A DNA stretch of 64,000 nucleotides from Macrostomum hystrix (GCA_950097015.1 CATNEN010000037.1:1178001-1242000), one strand, 5' to 3'; positions 11,587-25,142 are shown, counted from the stretch's first letter. Numbers and translations: made by a program. The notes: generated by a model from the sequence alone, not told the origin.

Positions 11587-13908
11587 CATGCTTGGTCAAT
11601 AGGGATAACTGTGCAGATTGATCAATAGGATCTGCTATGACATGCTTGGTCAATAGGGATAACTGTGCAGATTGATCAATAGGATCTGCTGTGCCATGCT
11701 TGTTCAATAGGGATAACTGAGCAGATTGATCAATAGGATCTGCTGTGCCATGCTTGGTCAATAGGGATAACTGTGCAGATTGATCAATAGGATCTGCTGT
11801 GACATGCTTGGTCAATAGGGATAACTGTGCAGATTGATCAATAGGATCTGCTGTGCCATGCTTGGTCAATAGGGATAACTGTGCAGATTGATCAATAGGA
11901 TCTGCTGTGACATGCTTGGTCAATAGGGATAACTGTGCAGATTGATCAATAGGATCTGCTGTGACATGCTTGGTCAATAGGGATAACTGTGCAGATTGAT
12001 CAATAGGATCTGCTGTGACATGCTTGGTCAATAGGGATAACTGTGCAGATTGATCAATAGGATCTGCTGTGCCATGCTTGGTCAATAGGGATAACTGTGC
12101 AGATTGATCAATAGGATCTGCTATGACATGCTTGGTCAATAGGGATAACTGTGCAGATTGATCAATAGGATCTGCTGTGACATGCTTGGTCAATAGGGAT
12201 AACTGTGCAGATTGATCAATAGGATCTGCTGTGACATGCTTGTTCAATAGGGATAACTGTGCAGATTGATCAATAGGATCTGCTGTGACATGCTTGGTCA
12301 ATAGGGATAACTGTGCAGATTGATCAATAGGATCTGCTGTGCCATGCTTGGTCAATAGGGATAACTGTGCAGATTGATCAATAGGATCTGCTGTGACATG
12401 CTTGTTCAATAGGGATAACTGTGCAGATTGATCAATAGGATCTGCTGTGACATGCTTGGTCAATAGGGATAACTGTGCAGATTGATCAATAGGATCTGCT
12501 GTGCCATGCTTGGTCAATAGGGATAACTGTGCAGATTGATCAATAGGATCTGCTGTGACATGCTTGGTCAATAGGGATAACTGTGCAGATTGATCAATAG
12601 GATCTGCTGTGACATGCTTGGTCAATAGGGATAACTGTGCAGATTGATCAATAGGATCTGCTGTGACATGCTTGTTCAATAGGGATAACTGTGCAGATTG
12701 ATCAATAGGATCTGCTGTGACATGCTTGGTCAATAGGGATAACTGTGCAGATTGATCAATAGGATCTGCTGTGACATGCTTGTTCAATAGGGATAACTGT
12801 GCAGATTGATCAATAGGATCTGCTGTGACATGCTTGGTCAATAGGGATAACTGTGCAGATTGATCAATAGGATCTGCTGTGCCATGCTTGGTCAATAGGG
12901 ATAACTGTGCAGATTGATCAATAGGATCTGCTGTGACATGCTTGGTCAATAGGGATAACTGTGCAGATTGATCAATAGGATCTGCTGTGCCATGCTTGGT
13001 CAATAGGGATAACTGTGCAGATTGATCAATAGGATCTGCTGTGACATGCTTGGTCAATAGGGATAACTGTGCAGATTGATCAATAGGATCTGCTGTGACA
13101 TGCTTGGTCAATAGGGATAACTGTGCAGATTGATCAATAGGATCTGCTGTGCCATGCTTGTTCAATAGGGATAACTGTGCAGATTGATCAATAGGATCTG
13201 CTGTGACATGCTTGGTCAATAGGGATAACTGTGCAGATTGATCAATAGGATCTGCTGTGACATGCTTGGTCAATAGGGATAACTGTGCAGATTGATCAAT
13301 AGGATCTGCTGTGACATGATTGGTCAATAGGGATAACTGTGCAGATTGATCAATAGGATCTGCTGTGACATGCTTGGTCAATAGGGATAACTGTGCAGAT
13401 TGATCAATAGGATCTGCTGTGACATGCTTGGTCAATAGGGATAACTGTGCAGATTGATCAATAGGATCTGCTGTGACATGATTGGTCAATAGGGATAACT
13501 GTGCAGATTGATCAATAGGATCTGCTGTGCCATGCTTGGTCAATAGGGATAACTGTGCAGATTGATCAATAGGATCTGCTGTGACATGCTTGTTCAATAG
13601 GGATAACTGTGCAGATTGATCAATAGGATCTGCTGTGACATGCTTGGTCAATAGGGATAACTGTGCAGATTGATCAATAGGATCTGCTGTGACATGCTTG
13701 GTCAATAGGGATAACTGTGCAGATTGATCAATAGGATCTGCTGTGACATGCTTGGTCAATAGGGATAACTGTGCAGATTGATCAATAGGATCTGCTGTGA
13801 CATGCTTGTTCAATAGGGATAACTGTGCAGATTGATCAATAGGATCTGCTGTGCCATGCTTGGTCAATAGGGATAACTGTGCAGATTGATCAATAGGATC
13901 TGCTGTGC
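11582..13908. repeat. 54-bp minisatellite, ~43 near-identical copies
   Basis: Unit GATCTGCTGTGACATGCTTGGTCAATAGGGATAACTGTGCAGATTGATCAATAG. Confidence 0.98.
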
Positions 13909-14029
13909 AAAAGAAAAACAATCATTTTATTAATTCACACCAAGTCGATCTAATCCGTTGTTCTATGCTTGCCTAATATGTTCTTTCATCTAGTGCCATA
14001 CCCCCTGCTATTTCAGCAGCCCTACCGGT

Positions 14030-14395
14030 GACCCTCACTCCTTCCGCTGTTCCTTCAGTCACTCCTTCCGCTGTTCCTTCAGTCACTCCTTCCGCTGTTT
14101 CTTTAGTCACTCCTTCCACTGTTCCTTTAGTTACTCCTTCCGCTGTTCCTTCAGTCACTCCTTCCACTGTTCCTTCAGTCACTCCTTCCACTGTTCCTTC
14201 AGTCACTCCTTCCGCTGTTCCTTCAGTCACTCCTTCCACTGTTCCTTCAGTCACTCCTTCCGCTGTTCCTTCAGTCACTCCTTCCGCTGTTCCTTCAGTC
14301 ACTCCTTCCGCTGTTCCTTCAGTCACTCCTTCCGCTGTTCCTTCAGTCACTCCTTTCACTGTTCCTTCAGTCACTCTTTCCCTGTTCCTTCAGGT
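14030..14395. repeat. 24-bp minisatellite (GTCACTCCTTCCGCTGTTCCTTCA), ~15 copies
   Basis: Direct observation. Confidence 0.95.
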
Positions 14396-15774
14396 TTAGC
14401 AAGATCCTAATCGATATTTCTTTCAAATCTATGATTAGTCTAGGAAATTATAGATATGTACATTATCGAAAAATCTGTAAATTTCTTGCATAGATTATTA
14501 CCTTTTACATTTATCTCGGTTAACTTTTTCGGAAATTTTCAAGCATAATTTGACCAGTTATTGGAATTAACTAGCTTTATTAATCAAAGCAGGTCTAGAA
14601 GCAATAACAAGACCAATCAATCCTAAGAATTTATTTAAGTTTTAGTTTTCTTGTTTTATTTAATTGGATTTTAACTTGCTTAAATCTAGATTTTTATCTA
14701 GCAAGTCGATTTCTGTCAATATAATCAATCAAATTGTATTCTAAGAAGTCTTTCACTGCGGGATTACGCATGTTTAAGGGGACCTATTATAAGGTCCAAA
14801 CACGTCAACCTATTCTACTTTCGCAAATAACTGACTATTCATACTATTTTAATAAAGTCATTAGTCACTGTGCCTAGGCCTAGTCTATATGGAAGCATGC
14901 TTCTTTAATAAGTGATCTTTATACTGTTAACATATCTATAGCGCCTTCAAATTAAACAAAGCATGTATTGTACAGGTTTGCATTATGTTTACAAAACAAT
15001 CATTTTATTAATAAACTAATGCATCTAGCCTCAGCTTTTGATTTTAAAACAGCTGTCTTTTATATTTGTTAATCTCATTAGATATTTTTGTTAATTTGCA
15101 TGACTTGAACAGCAACACTGCTGGAATTTAACGCTTACTTTGCAATTTATATATAATCATATTAGCTAGTCACAAAAGGCGTGCCTATATATATATCATA
15201 AATGTGACTCAAACTAAATTTCAATCATTTTGCCATAATTTTGTCCTTTAAATATTTATTTTGTATTTTTTATGCGAAAAAAGTGTGTCTCTAGTCTCAT
15301 TATGAAAAATGTTTTTGATAAAAATGTCACTTTAATAAATTCTACTGTATCGCTTATCATTGCCATGCGTGTAAAAATAGTTACTTTCAGTTTTTTTCTT
15401 GTGTAGTGCCTGGCTGGGGCAGAGAAAAAAACAAATCATTTTGGTTTAATCATCTGTTCTACTTTTAGTAGCGTGTTTCCAAACTTGTATCTTTTTTTCC
15501 TGCTATATTCTAATTCGTTTCTTAAATCGTTCTTTTTTATGCGATTCACCTAAAGTCCTAAACGAATTCTGCTCAGTTCCAATGTTCAGACTCTACGGTA
15601 GCTCAATTGATTTAATCAAATAAAATAACCCTAATGACTATTTCATAATTTAATTGAATTGCACTGGAATTAATTCTAGCATGCTTTTTGACCTGCCCGT
15701 CTTCTTTTAAAGTCATGTGCTCAGACTCTATTCACATCGTAGCTCTGGCTTCGATTATAGTCTGACATCTATGA

Positions 15775-16906
15775 AGATCTACCTGTAACTGTACTCAAGT
15801 ATCGGTTAGGATCTACCTGTAACTGTACTCCAATATCGGTTAGGATCTACCTGTAACTGTACTCAAATATCGGTTAGGATCTACCTGTAACTGTACTCAA
15901 ATATCGGTTAGGATCTACCTGTAACTCTACTCAAATATCGGTTAAGATCTACCTGTAACTGTACTCAAGTATCGGTTAGGATCTACCTGTAACTGTACTC
16001 CAATATCGGTTAGGATCTACCTGTAACTGTACTCAAATATCGGTTAGGATCTACCTGTAACTGTACTCAAATATCGGTTAGGATCTACCTGTAACTCTAC
16101 TCAAATATCGGTTAAGATCTACCTGTAACTGTACTCAAATATCGGTTAGGATCTACCTGTAACTGTACTCAAATATCGGTTAGGATCTACCTGTAACTCT
16201 ACTCAAATATCGGTTAAGATCTACCTGTAACTGTACTCAAGTATCGGTTAGGATCTACCTGTAACTGTACTCCAATATCGGTTAGGATCTACCTGTAACT
16301 GTACTCAAATATCGGTTAGGATCTACCTGTAACTGTACTCCAATATCGGTTAGGATCTACCTGTAACTCTACTCAAATATCGGTTAAGATCTACCTGTAA
16401 CTGTACTCAAATATCGGTTAGGATCTACCTGTAACTCTACTCAAATATCGGTTAAGATCTACCTGTAACTGTACTCAAATATCGGTTAAGATCTACCTGT
16501 AACTCTACTCAAATATCGGGTAAGATCTACCTGTAACTGTACTCAAATATCGGTTAAGATCTACCTGTAACTCTACTCCAATATCGGTTAAGATCTACCT
16601 GTAACTGTACTCAAATATCGGTTAAGATCTACCTGTAACTCTACTCCAATATTGGTTAAGATCTACCTGTAACTGTACTCAAATATCGGTTAAGATCTAC
16701 CTGTAACTCTACTCCAATATCGGTTAAGATCTACCTGTAACTGTACTCAAATATCGGTTAAGATCTACCTGTAACTCTACTCCAATATCGGTTAAGATCT
16801 ACCTGTAACTCTACTCCAATATCGGTTAAGATCTACCTGTAACTGTACTCAAATATCGGTTAAGATCTACCTGTAACTCTACTCCAATATCGGTTAAGAT
16901 CTACCT
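15775..16906. repeat. 34-bp minisatellite (GATCTACCTGTAACTGTACTCAAATATCGGTTAG), ~33 copies
   Basis: Period of 34 measured between 15781 and 15815. Confidence 0.97.
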
Positions 16907-17925
16907 ATGATTCTACTTCAATATTGATACGGCTCTGGCCGGAATTATATTTTAAGACAAATTTAGCGCCAATATTTTTTCGAATATATTTGCATATCCT
17001 GAAGCATATCTGTTATTAGAACTAAATGAGTAGTATATTGCGCTTGGTTTTAATTAAGAAGCTGACAGTTTAAGCAGTGTAAGTATATATTACACATAGA
17101 TAGGGTAAAACTGATAGATCGCAGCCCTTTCTGCCGGCGCGAACGGCAGCCATCCGTCTTCAGTGACCTTCCGCGAAGCCCAACAGCTGTAACCAAGGGT
17201 TTCATCTGCGACCCTAGAAAGTGCAAATTTGTCGAATTTGACTTTCTGCTGCATTTTCTGGCGCTAAATTTTCTACATAACGGCGAAATTTACAGGCGAA
17301 CAGGTTACGCCCGCACCATTACAATTGTTAGTTTTCAACTTAGAACAATTGGAACTTTAGTTTTTACCATTTGAACCTTACTGACTAGCGAAGAGTGGTT
17401 GAACTGAATTTGCACTTCCACTTCTGTTTGTACAATTCTTCCCATTTGGCTTTTCGCCTACTTTCTCCTAGTCTGGGCTACAGATTGTGTTCCTAGGCAA
17501 ACAAACTGTCATTCGGGGCTTACCTTTAACTCACATGGCATTTGCCTCTGTCTCGCCCTATTGGGAAGATTGGGAGATGGGACAACGCGTACACACGATC
17601 AGGAAATAGATTTCTATTTTTTTCAATTTTTTTATTTGACATTCAGCCAGCTGTAACAGGACACTGCGTGAGTGCTCGACTGGCACTATCAGCTTTTCAA
17701 ACTCATTGTTGAGTACGATACAGGCTTGTCATTCGGGTTCGCTGGCATACCAGAAGCCATTATCGTCCATTAGCGACTCAGGAATTACACTGCTAGAAAA
17801 ACTCTTGCTTCTGTCTGCACAGCCGATTTCGGATTGAAATGAACTTTTGTCTTTTAGTACACTGGCAGACTTTTTTTGTCTTCTACAAGCTGCCAAATAT
17901 AGCCGAGCTTGATTAATATAGCCTT

Positions 17926-18121
17926 GTTGTAGCCTTGTGGTTAGAGCATCGGGATCACGACTTGAAGGTCGGGGGTTCGATTCCTGACTCCATTAAAACA
18001 ATTTTTGTCCTTTAGCAAGACATTTAACTCTGCATTGCTTTAGTTCACCCAGCTGTTGAATGGGTACCAGCATTAGCTGGGGTAATTGAGGGTGAATGTG
18101 GCATCTAACCAGTCCATGGAC
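17926..18121 (+). mobile_element. tRNA-derived CORE-like SINE, lacking its 3' end
   Basis: A box (TAGCCTTGTGG), B box (GGTTCGATTCC), then GTCCTTTAGCAAGACATTTAACTC...CACCCAGCTGTTGAATGGGTACC. Homologous to the copies at 48555 and 49689. Confidence 0.85.
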
Positions 18122-18476
18122 AGAATTTTTTAGGGCAAGTGCTGCAGTGTGTTGAAGCCATGCTTGGAAGCCACATGGCTATATAGCTTGCACTTTTATT
18201 CCTGGGCACAGTAAGCAATATGCGCTCGAGCGCCGACTGCTGCATGCATCGACTGCCCCGAAAGCATTCAGCAATATTAGCTGTGTCGGAGGGCCTGGGT
18301 CCGGCTTCCTGAGTCCTTTAACGCCCCTTATTTTGGCGTGGCGTGGCGTGAGCACTTCTCATAAAGCGTGCTCGTAAAGCATTGCAGGCTTTGGAATGGC
18401 CTCATCCAACACCAGCATCCCCCCGATCCTCGCCTTAGAAATTCGTTGCCTTTTGCATGGCGGATCTATCTAAGAT

Positions 18477-18540
<64 letters not shown>
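18477..18540. repeat. (GATA)16 microsatellite
   Basis: Direct observation. Confidence 0.97.
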
Positions 18541-18541
<1 letters not shown>

Positions 18542-18542
18542 C

Positions 18543-18834
18543 GCAAGCTCAAGTATTATGCAGCAAGCTCAAGTATTATGCAGCAAGCTCAAGTATTATG
18601 CAGCAAGCTCAAGTATTATGCAGCAAGCTCAAGTATTATGCAGCAAGCTCAAGTATTATGCAGCAAGCTCAAGTATTATGCAGCAAGCTCAAGTATTATG
18701 CAGCAAGCTCAAGTATTATGCAGCAAGCTCAAGTATTATGCAGCAAGCTCAAGTATTATGCAGCAAGCTCAAGTATTATGCAGCAAGATCAAGTATTATG
18801 CAGCAAGCTCAAGTATTATGCAGCAAGCTCAAGT
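18543..18834. repeat. 20-bp minisatellite (GCAAGCTCAAGTATTATGCA), ~14.5 copies
   Basis: Direct observation; abuts the GATA tract. Confidence 0.97.
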
Positions 18835-19776
18835 CACAGCTGAGCTATTGGTGACTAAACAGATAAAGAGCTATAACGTATATGACTCATGTAGCCGGTC
18901 GCTAGCTTAGCGAGGTCTAGTCATAAATCTATCATAGTAGTAGAGTTATTCTTTTAGCTAATCGTATATCCGGTAGCGGCAGTGCATGCCACACAGCACT
19001 TCAAGTGTTCCCAAATTGGGAGACCAGCTAGTTGCTGGCTGGTTCTGTCTGGGATAAGAAATTGTATTACAGAAGCAAATTTGAAGGAATTTTGAGAAAT
19101 AAATTGTCTCTATAAACAAATATGAGTTTCACTACAAGTAGCATAAAAGTAACAGAACATGCAGTTATTGAATCCTTCCATGAGGAATCATCATGCCAGC
19201 TTGCTTGTAAAAGTACAAGTTTTGAAAGAGAATGCAACGCATTCGTATTTAGATTCATATTTAAGTTATAAACGAAATACAAATTTCTGCCAATTGATTG
19301 ATCAAAATCTCATCGTATTTCACAATCCACTCAGATAAATGGAAAAGAATGTGTGAGTAAACTTTTATTTGTAAAGTAAAGCTTTATAATTTAAAATTAG
19401 TTAAGTTCCAACAACAGAGCATATTATTCGAGTTTGGGATATGTCTAACAATAGACTTTCTTATACTTGTACATTTTAGAGTAGCAAGATATGAATCTTC
19501 ATAAAAAGAATTAGATAAATTGTGTGCAGATATTGATGCAGAGTGTGAAATATTGAAAAGTACTCTTCTAGCAATACAATTTTGATTGTCACTAGTCAAG
19601 TTAGATTATTTAATTCTTTTCTGACGAAAAATATTTCACTTGGGATGAGTCGAAAATAAGTACAAATTGTCTATGAACAGTTTCATGAACGGTTATAGTC
19701 ACTGCTGTGATTCACATCCTCAAAGCACTCACCAATGGCCTCTGCGAAGGTTCACAAAGACCCTGAGATATGCTAA

Positions 19777-20850
19777 TCACAGAACCTCAACACTCGTCAC
19801 AGAACCTCAGCACTCGTCACAGAACCTCAACACTCGTCACAGAACCTCAACACTCGTCACAGAACCTCAGCACTCGTCACAGAACCTCAACACTCGTCAC
19901 AGAACCTCAACACTCGTCACAGAACCTCAACACTCGTCACAGAACCTCAACACTCGTCACAGAACCTCAACACTCGTCACAGAACCTCAACACTCGTCAC
20001 AGAACCTCAACACTCGTCACAGAACCTCAACACTCGTCACAGAACCTCAACACTCGTCACAGAACCTCAACACTCGTCACAGACCTCAACACTCGTCACA
20101 GACCTCAACACTCGTCACAGAACCTCAACACTCGTCACAGAACCTCAACACTCGTCACAGAACCTCAACACTCGTCACAGAACCTCAACACTCGTCACAG
20201 AACCTCAAAACTCGTCACAGACCTCAACACTCGTCACAGAACCTCAACACTCGTCACAGAACCTCAACACTCGTCACAGAACCTCAACACTCGTCACAGA
20301 ACCTCAACACTCGTCACAGACCTCAACACTCGTCACAGACCTCAGCACTCGTCACAGAACCTCAACACTCGTCACAGAACCTCAACACTCGTCACAGAAC
20401 CTCAACACTCGTCACAGAACCTCAACACTCGTCACAGAACCTCAACACTCGTCACAGAACCTCAACACTCGTCACAGACCTCAACACTCGTCACAGACCT
20501 CAACACTCGTCACAGAACCTCAACACTCGTCACAGAACCTCAACACTCGTCACAGAACCTCAACACTCGTCACAGAACCTCAACACTCGTCACAGAACCT
20601 CAACACTCGTCACAGACCTCAACACTCGTCACAGAACCTCAACACTCGTCACAGAACCTCAACACTCGTCACAGAACCTCAACACTCGTCACAGAACCTC
20701 AACACTCGTCACAGAACCTCAAAACTCGTTACAGACCTCAACACTGGACCTGAGACTTCAACACTCGTCGCAGAACCTCAACACTCGTCACAGAACCTCA
20801 AAACTCGTTACAGACCTCAACACTGGACCTGAGACTTCAACACTCGTCGC
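19777..20850. repeat. 20-bp minisatellite (CACAGAACCTCAACACTCGT) with 19-bp variants
   Basis: More than 50 units; degenerates at the right end. Confidence 0.97.
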
Positions 20851-20987
20851 AGGATCCAGACACTCACTCAATGGCTTTCGCACTCGCTGTGCTTTAGCCA
20901 ATCTATCGAACCTCCATTTGCTCTGACCTAAAATAAATCGCTTTGAAAATTGACTCTAGCGAGGCCTTGGGTACCAGGCCTCTGAGC

Positions 20988-22172
20988 CTACTGCTGCTCC
21001 CCGTCAGCACAGCAGCGGGTCCTGCAACCCTTGACGTAGATTCTGCGCAGCTCGGCCCGGAACTTCGAATTCATCATCGCGTAGACGAAGAAATTCAGCG
21101 AAGTGTTCAAATAGAAGATCCGATGCAGCGGCGAATCCGGTAGCAGCTTGAAGTTAATGAGAATCATGGGCAGCATACTGGCGTAGAAGAGCACGGTGGC
21201 GCCGAACAGCATCCAGGCCAGCTTTTTGGGGAACCACGACTCGCCGGACTGGTCCCGGCTGTCCTGGTTGGCGGCCGGTCGTCCGCTGTGGCCGCGCGAA
21301 CCAACGACCACCTGCGGCGGACGCAGCGACGATGGAGTCGGATAATCTTCGGTAGGACCGTCGGCTGTCTGCGGCGAGCTGGCTGCTGGCTTCGAAGTGG
21401 TCTCCAGTGTCAGGCTGCCGTCGGCTTCACCGTCGTTGCCGCCGACGCCGCCTACGCAGCCGCCATTGGTGACGGTGCAGTCGGCTCTGGACAGCAATGC
21501 CAGGGTCTGCTTGGTCACTTTTCGACGCGAACTGCGGCGTCGCTCCATGGAGGCCACAAAGGTGAAGATGCGAATGTACAGCGACAGGACCACCAGCACC
21601 GACAGGGTGCCCAGTCCGCCGTAAAAGTACAGCAGATAGGACTCTAGGCGCAGCTTCAGGCCGCACTGATCCTCAACCAGGTAGTGGCTGGTTACGTTAC
21701 ACACCTCTAGCAGCAGAAGACTCAATGCGGCGGCGAACAATGCTCCCAGAGTCTTCTTATAAGTCAGTCCGTGCTGGCTGGCTTTCACAATGCAAAGGTA
21801 GCGATCGATGGCTATAAACACCAGAATCCAGGCTTCCATTTCAAAGGCAGCGTATCGAGACGAAAGAATGACGGTGCTAAACCAGTGATTGGTGGCTTTC
21901 AGGCCGTGCTTGCTAGCCAGGTAGTCGGTGTACACCCGGTAACAGTCAGTGGGCAACACCACGGCCGATATAAACAGATCCATGGCGGACAGCACCGTGA
22001 TGAGGAAGCGAAGACTCTTCTCGCGGCTGGACGCGAACACCAGGATGACGTGGATATTGCCGAATACTCCCAGCACGCCCAGGGTGGAGTAGAAGGTCAG
22101 TGAGCCCACAGCAACTAAGGCCGACTCGGGCAGAGAGTGCTCGGTGCACTGGGCATTGCTAGTATTGCCCAT
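20988..22172 (-). CDS. Intronless class A (rhodopsin-family) GPCR, orphan/peptide-receptor-like, 394 aa
   Basis: Seven hydrophobic segments; GN in TM1 (GVFGNIHVI); LSAMD in TM2; IAIDRY at the end of TM3; long ICL3; LNFFVY in TM7 followed by NSKFRAELRRI (helix 8). Confidence 0.92.
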   Translation of the reverse strand: MGNTSNAQCTEHSLPESALVAVGSLTFYSTLGVLGVFGNIHVILVFASSREKSLRFLITVLSAMDLFISAVVLPTDCYRVYTDYLASKHGLKATNHWFSTVILSSRYAAFEMEAWILVFIAIDRYLCIVKASQHGLTYKKTLGALFAAALSLLLLEVCNVTSHYLVEDQCGLKLRLESYLLYFYGGLGTLSVLVVLSLYIRIFTFVASMERRRSSRRKVTKQTLALLSRADCTVTNGGCVGGVGGNDGEADGSLTLETTSKPAASSPQTADGPTEDYPTPSSLRPPQVVVGSRGHSGRPAANQDSRDQSGESWFPKKLAWMLFGATVLFYASMLPMILINFKLLPDSPLHRIFYLNTSLNFFVYAMMNSKFRAELRRIYVKGCRTRCCADGEQQ

Positions 22173-22494
22173 TATCTGTTAAATTCCCTATCAACTAATT
22201 AGCGCCTAGTGTATCTAGTCTCTGGTCAGTTCTGTTTGAAAAAAAGCGACAAACCGTCAACATTTGTACTCGCAGTTACTTCATATGAAGCTATCAATTT
22301 GTTTAAATTGTTTCCATTGGTCTAACCGGCCTTAGCCAATCTACGCTGCTGCACCCAGTACGATAGATGGTACAAAAAAAGCAAAAGAAGATCAAGTTTG
22401 ATTTTATTTCTAAGCTTCGTATACAGAATTCAAGGTAATAAAAGACAGGATCATTAAAAGTAAGCTGAAAATGATTGGAAAAAATAGATGAGAC

Positions 22495-24265
22495 GATGGG
22501 ATTCAAGACATGTGGGAGAGTAGATGGGATTCAAGAGATGTGGGAGAGTAGATGGGATTCAAGACATGTGGGAGAGTAGATGGGATTCAAGACAAGTGGG
22601 AGAGTAGTTGGGATTCAAGAGAGGGAGGAGAGTAGATGGGATTCAAGAGAGGGAGGAGAGTAGATGGGATTCAAGAGATGTGGGAGAGTAGTTGGGATTC
22701 AAGAGATGTGGGAGAGTAGTTGGGATTCAAGAGATGTGGGAGAGTAGATGGGATTCAAGAGATGTGGGAGAGTAGTTGGGATTCAAGAGATGTGGGAGAG
22801 TAGTTGGGATTCAAGAGAGGGAGGAGAGTAGTTGGGATTCAAGAGATGTGGGAGAGTAGTTGGGATTCAAGAGATGTGGGAGAGTAGTTGGGATTCAAGA
22901 GATGTGGGAGAGTAGATGGGATTCAAGAGATGTGGGAGAGTAGTTGGGATTCAAGAGATGTGGGAGAGTGGATATTTGATTTCTAGAGATGTGGGAGAGT
23001 AGTTGGGATTCAAGAGATGTGGGAGAGTAGATGGGATTCAAGACATGTGGGAGAGTAGTTGGGATTCAAGAGAGGGAGGAGAGTAGTTGGGATTCAAGAG
23101 ATGTGGGAGAGTAGTTGGGATTCAAGAGATGTGGGAGAGTAGATGGGATTCAAGACATGTGGGAGAGTAGATGGGATTCAAGAGATGTGGGAGAGTAGAT
23201 GGGATTCAAGAGATGTGGGAGAGTAGTTGGGATTCAAGAGATGTGGGAGAGTAGTTGGGATTCAAGAGATGTGGGAGAGTAGATGGGATTCAAGAGATGT
23301 GGGAGAGTAGATGGGATTCAAGAGAGGGAGGAGAGTAGTTGGGATTCAAGAGATGTGGGAGAGTGGATGGGATTCAAGAGAGGGAGGAGAGTAGTTGGGA
23401 TTCAAGAGATGTGGGAGAGTAGTTGGGATTCAAGAGAGGGAGGAGAGTAGTTGGGATTCAAGAGATGTGGGAGAGTAGTTGGGATTCAAGAGATGTGGGA
23501 GAGTAGATGGGATTCAAGACATGGGGGAGAGTAGATGGGATTCAAGAGATGTGGGAGAGTAGATGGGATTCAAGACATGTGGGAGAGTAGATGGGATTCA
23601 AGACATGTGGGAGAGTAGTTGGGATTCAAGAGATGTTGGAGAGTAGTTGGGATTCAAGAGATGTGGGAGAGTGGATATTTGATTTCTAGAGATGTGGGAG
23701 AGTAGTTGGGATTCAAGAGATGTGGGAGAGTAGTTGGGATTCAAGACATGTGGGAGAGTAGTTGGGATTCAAGAGAGGGAGGAGAGTAGTTGGGATTCAA
23801 GAGATGTGGGAGAGTAGTTGGGATTCAAGAGATGTGGGAGAGTAGATGGGATTCAAGAGAGGGAGGAGAGTAGTTGGGATTCAAGACATGTGGGAGAGTA
23901 GATGGGATTCAAGAGATGTGGGAGAGTAGATGGGATTCAAGAGATGTGGGAGAGTAGATGGGATTCAAGACATGTGGGAGAGTAGATGGGATTCAAGACA
24001 TGTGGGAGAGTAGATGGGATTCAAGAGATGTGGGAGAGTAGATGGGATTAAAGGCATGTGGGAGAGTAGATGGGATTCAAGAGATTTGGGAGAGTAGTTG
24101 GGATTCAAGAGATGTGGGAGAGTAGATGGGATTCAAGAGATGTGGGAGAGTAGATGGGATTCAAGAGATGTGGGAGAGTAGATGGGAATCAAGAGATGTG
24201 GGAGAGTAGATGGGATTCAAGAGATGTGGAAGAGTAGATGGGATTAAAGAAATGTGGGAGAGTAG
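22495..24265. repeat. 28-bp purine-rich minisatellite (ATTCAAGAGATGTGGGAGAGTAGATGGG), ~63 copies
   Basis: Direct observation; several variant units are interspersed. Confidence 0.97.
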
Positions 24266-25142
24266 AGAGGGGAAGAGAGACGAGAGCGGATAGGAAAAAT
24301 TAAAAGAGATGATGAGAGAGGAGAATGAGGATGGGAACAGAAGATATCGAGGCGGCTAGGTCTCTTGTTTTGAAGAGACTGCTGAGTGCATGATCAGAAA
24401 TTTTCCTTTGTGAGCAATGCGATGCCCGGTCGCGTTGATTTATTCCCCTTTGCGGTCGACTTTCAATTCCCCTAATTGGAGAAGGAAGCAGTGGGGAAAA
24501 GGGAAGGAGGCAGGGAGCAGTCAGGGTGGGGGTGAAATCGGGGATTCGAATCTCGAGAATCCTTTGAGCTGGCGCACACTTTCCTCTCGCCCGGACTGGA
24601 TCTATCTGACTTGAAAAAATTCTAGTTTTTTCTCCGCTCCAGCCTTTTTTCTCCTTGACCACTTTGGCCACAGGGGATCAAATTTAGGCCTCGTTGGCAC
24701 CGGTGCGAGTTGAGCCCCAGCTGTTCGTCTGTTGCCCTCTGTGTTGAGCGCATTGGGGTCTGTACTGTGTTTGAGTGCCTCAATAGAGATTTTCGATTCC
24801 CAACGCAGCAATGCCAATCGCTGAAACTGCTGATTCTCAACCAGCCGATCCGCTTCAACTGCTTTTTTGCTTTCCCATTAATCAATTTTCCAAAGTCCTG
24901 TTGGGATTTCAAAGTCAGCCAATCGGGGAATCAGAAACGTCGGTTTGTAAACCTCAGATCGGATATCCTCAAATATCCGGTTTGAGGATATTGTTGTGCA
25001 GTAAATCGAAAGAATTAACTACTATGTTTTACACACTTGCCTGCAGGCTGCCTCGTGGCAAGATGTGTCAAGAAAAATTTGATGGCTCTACGACATGGAC
25101 CTGATGAAAATTTATACCTCAGGTTGATGGCAGAAACAAGAT

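Noticed and set aside
11489-13921. 810-aa minus-strand ORF of TADPIDQSAQLSLLTKHV repeats
   Set aside because: A 54-bp unit with one stop-free frame gives a long ORF automatically. It has a non-ATG start, no unique domain, and overlaps a real gene antisense.
17640-17875. Possible LINE 3'-end remnant
   Set aside because: Only a vague resemblance by eye; no convincing RT or terminal motif in any frame.
25095-25140. Hammerhead ribozyme core (CTGATGA...GAAAC)
   Set aside because: No stem II pairing between the bases after CTGATGA and those before GAAA.
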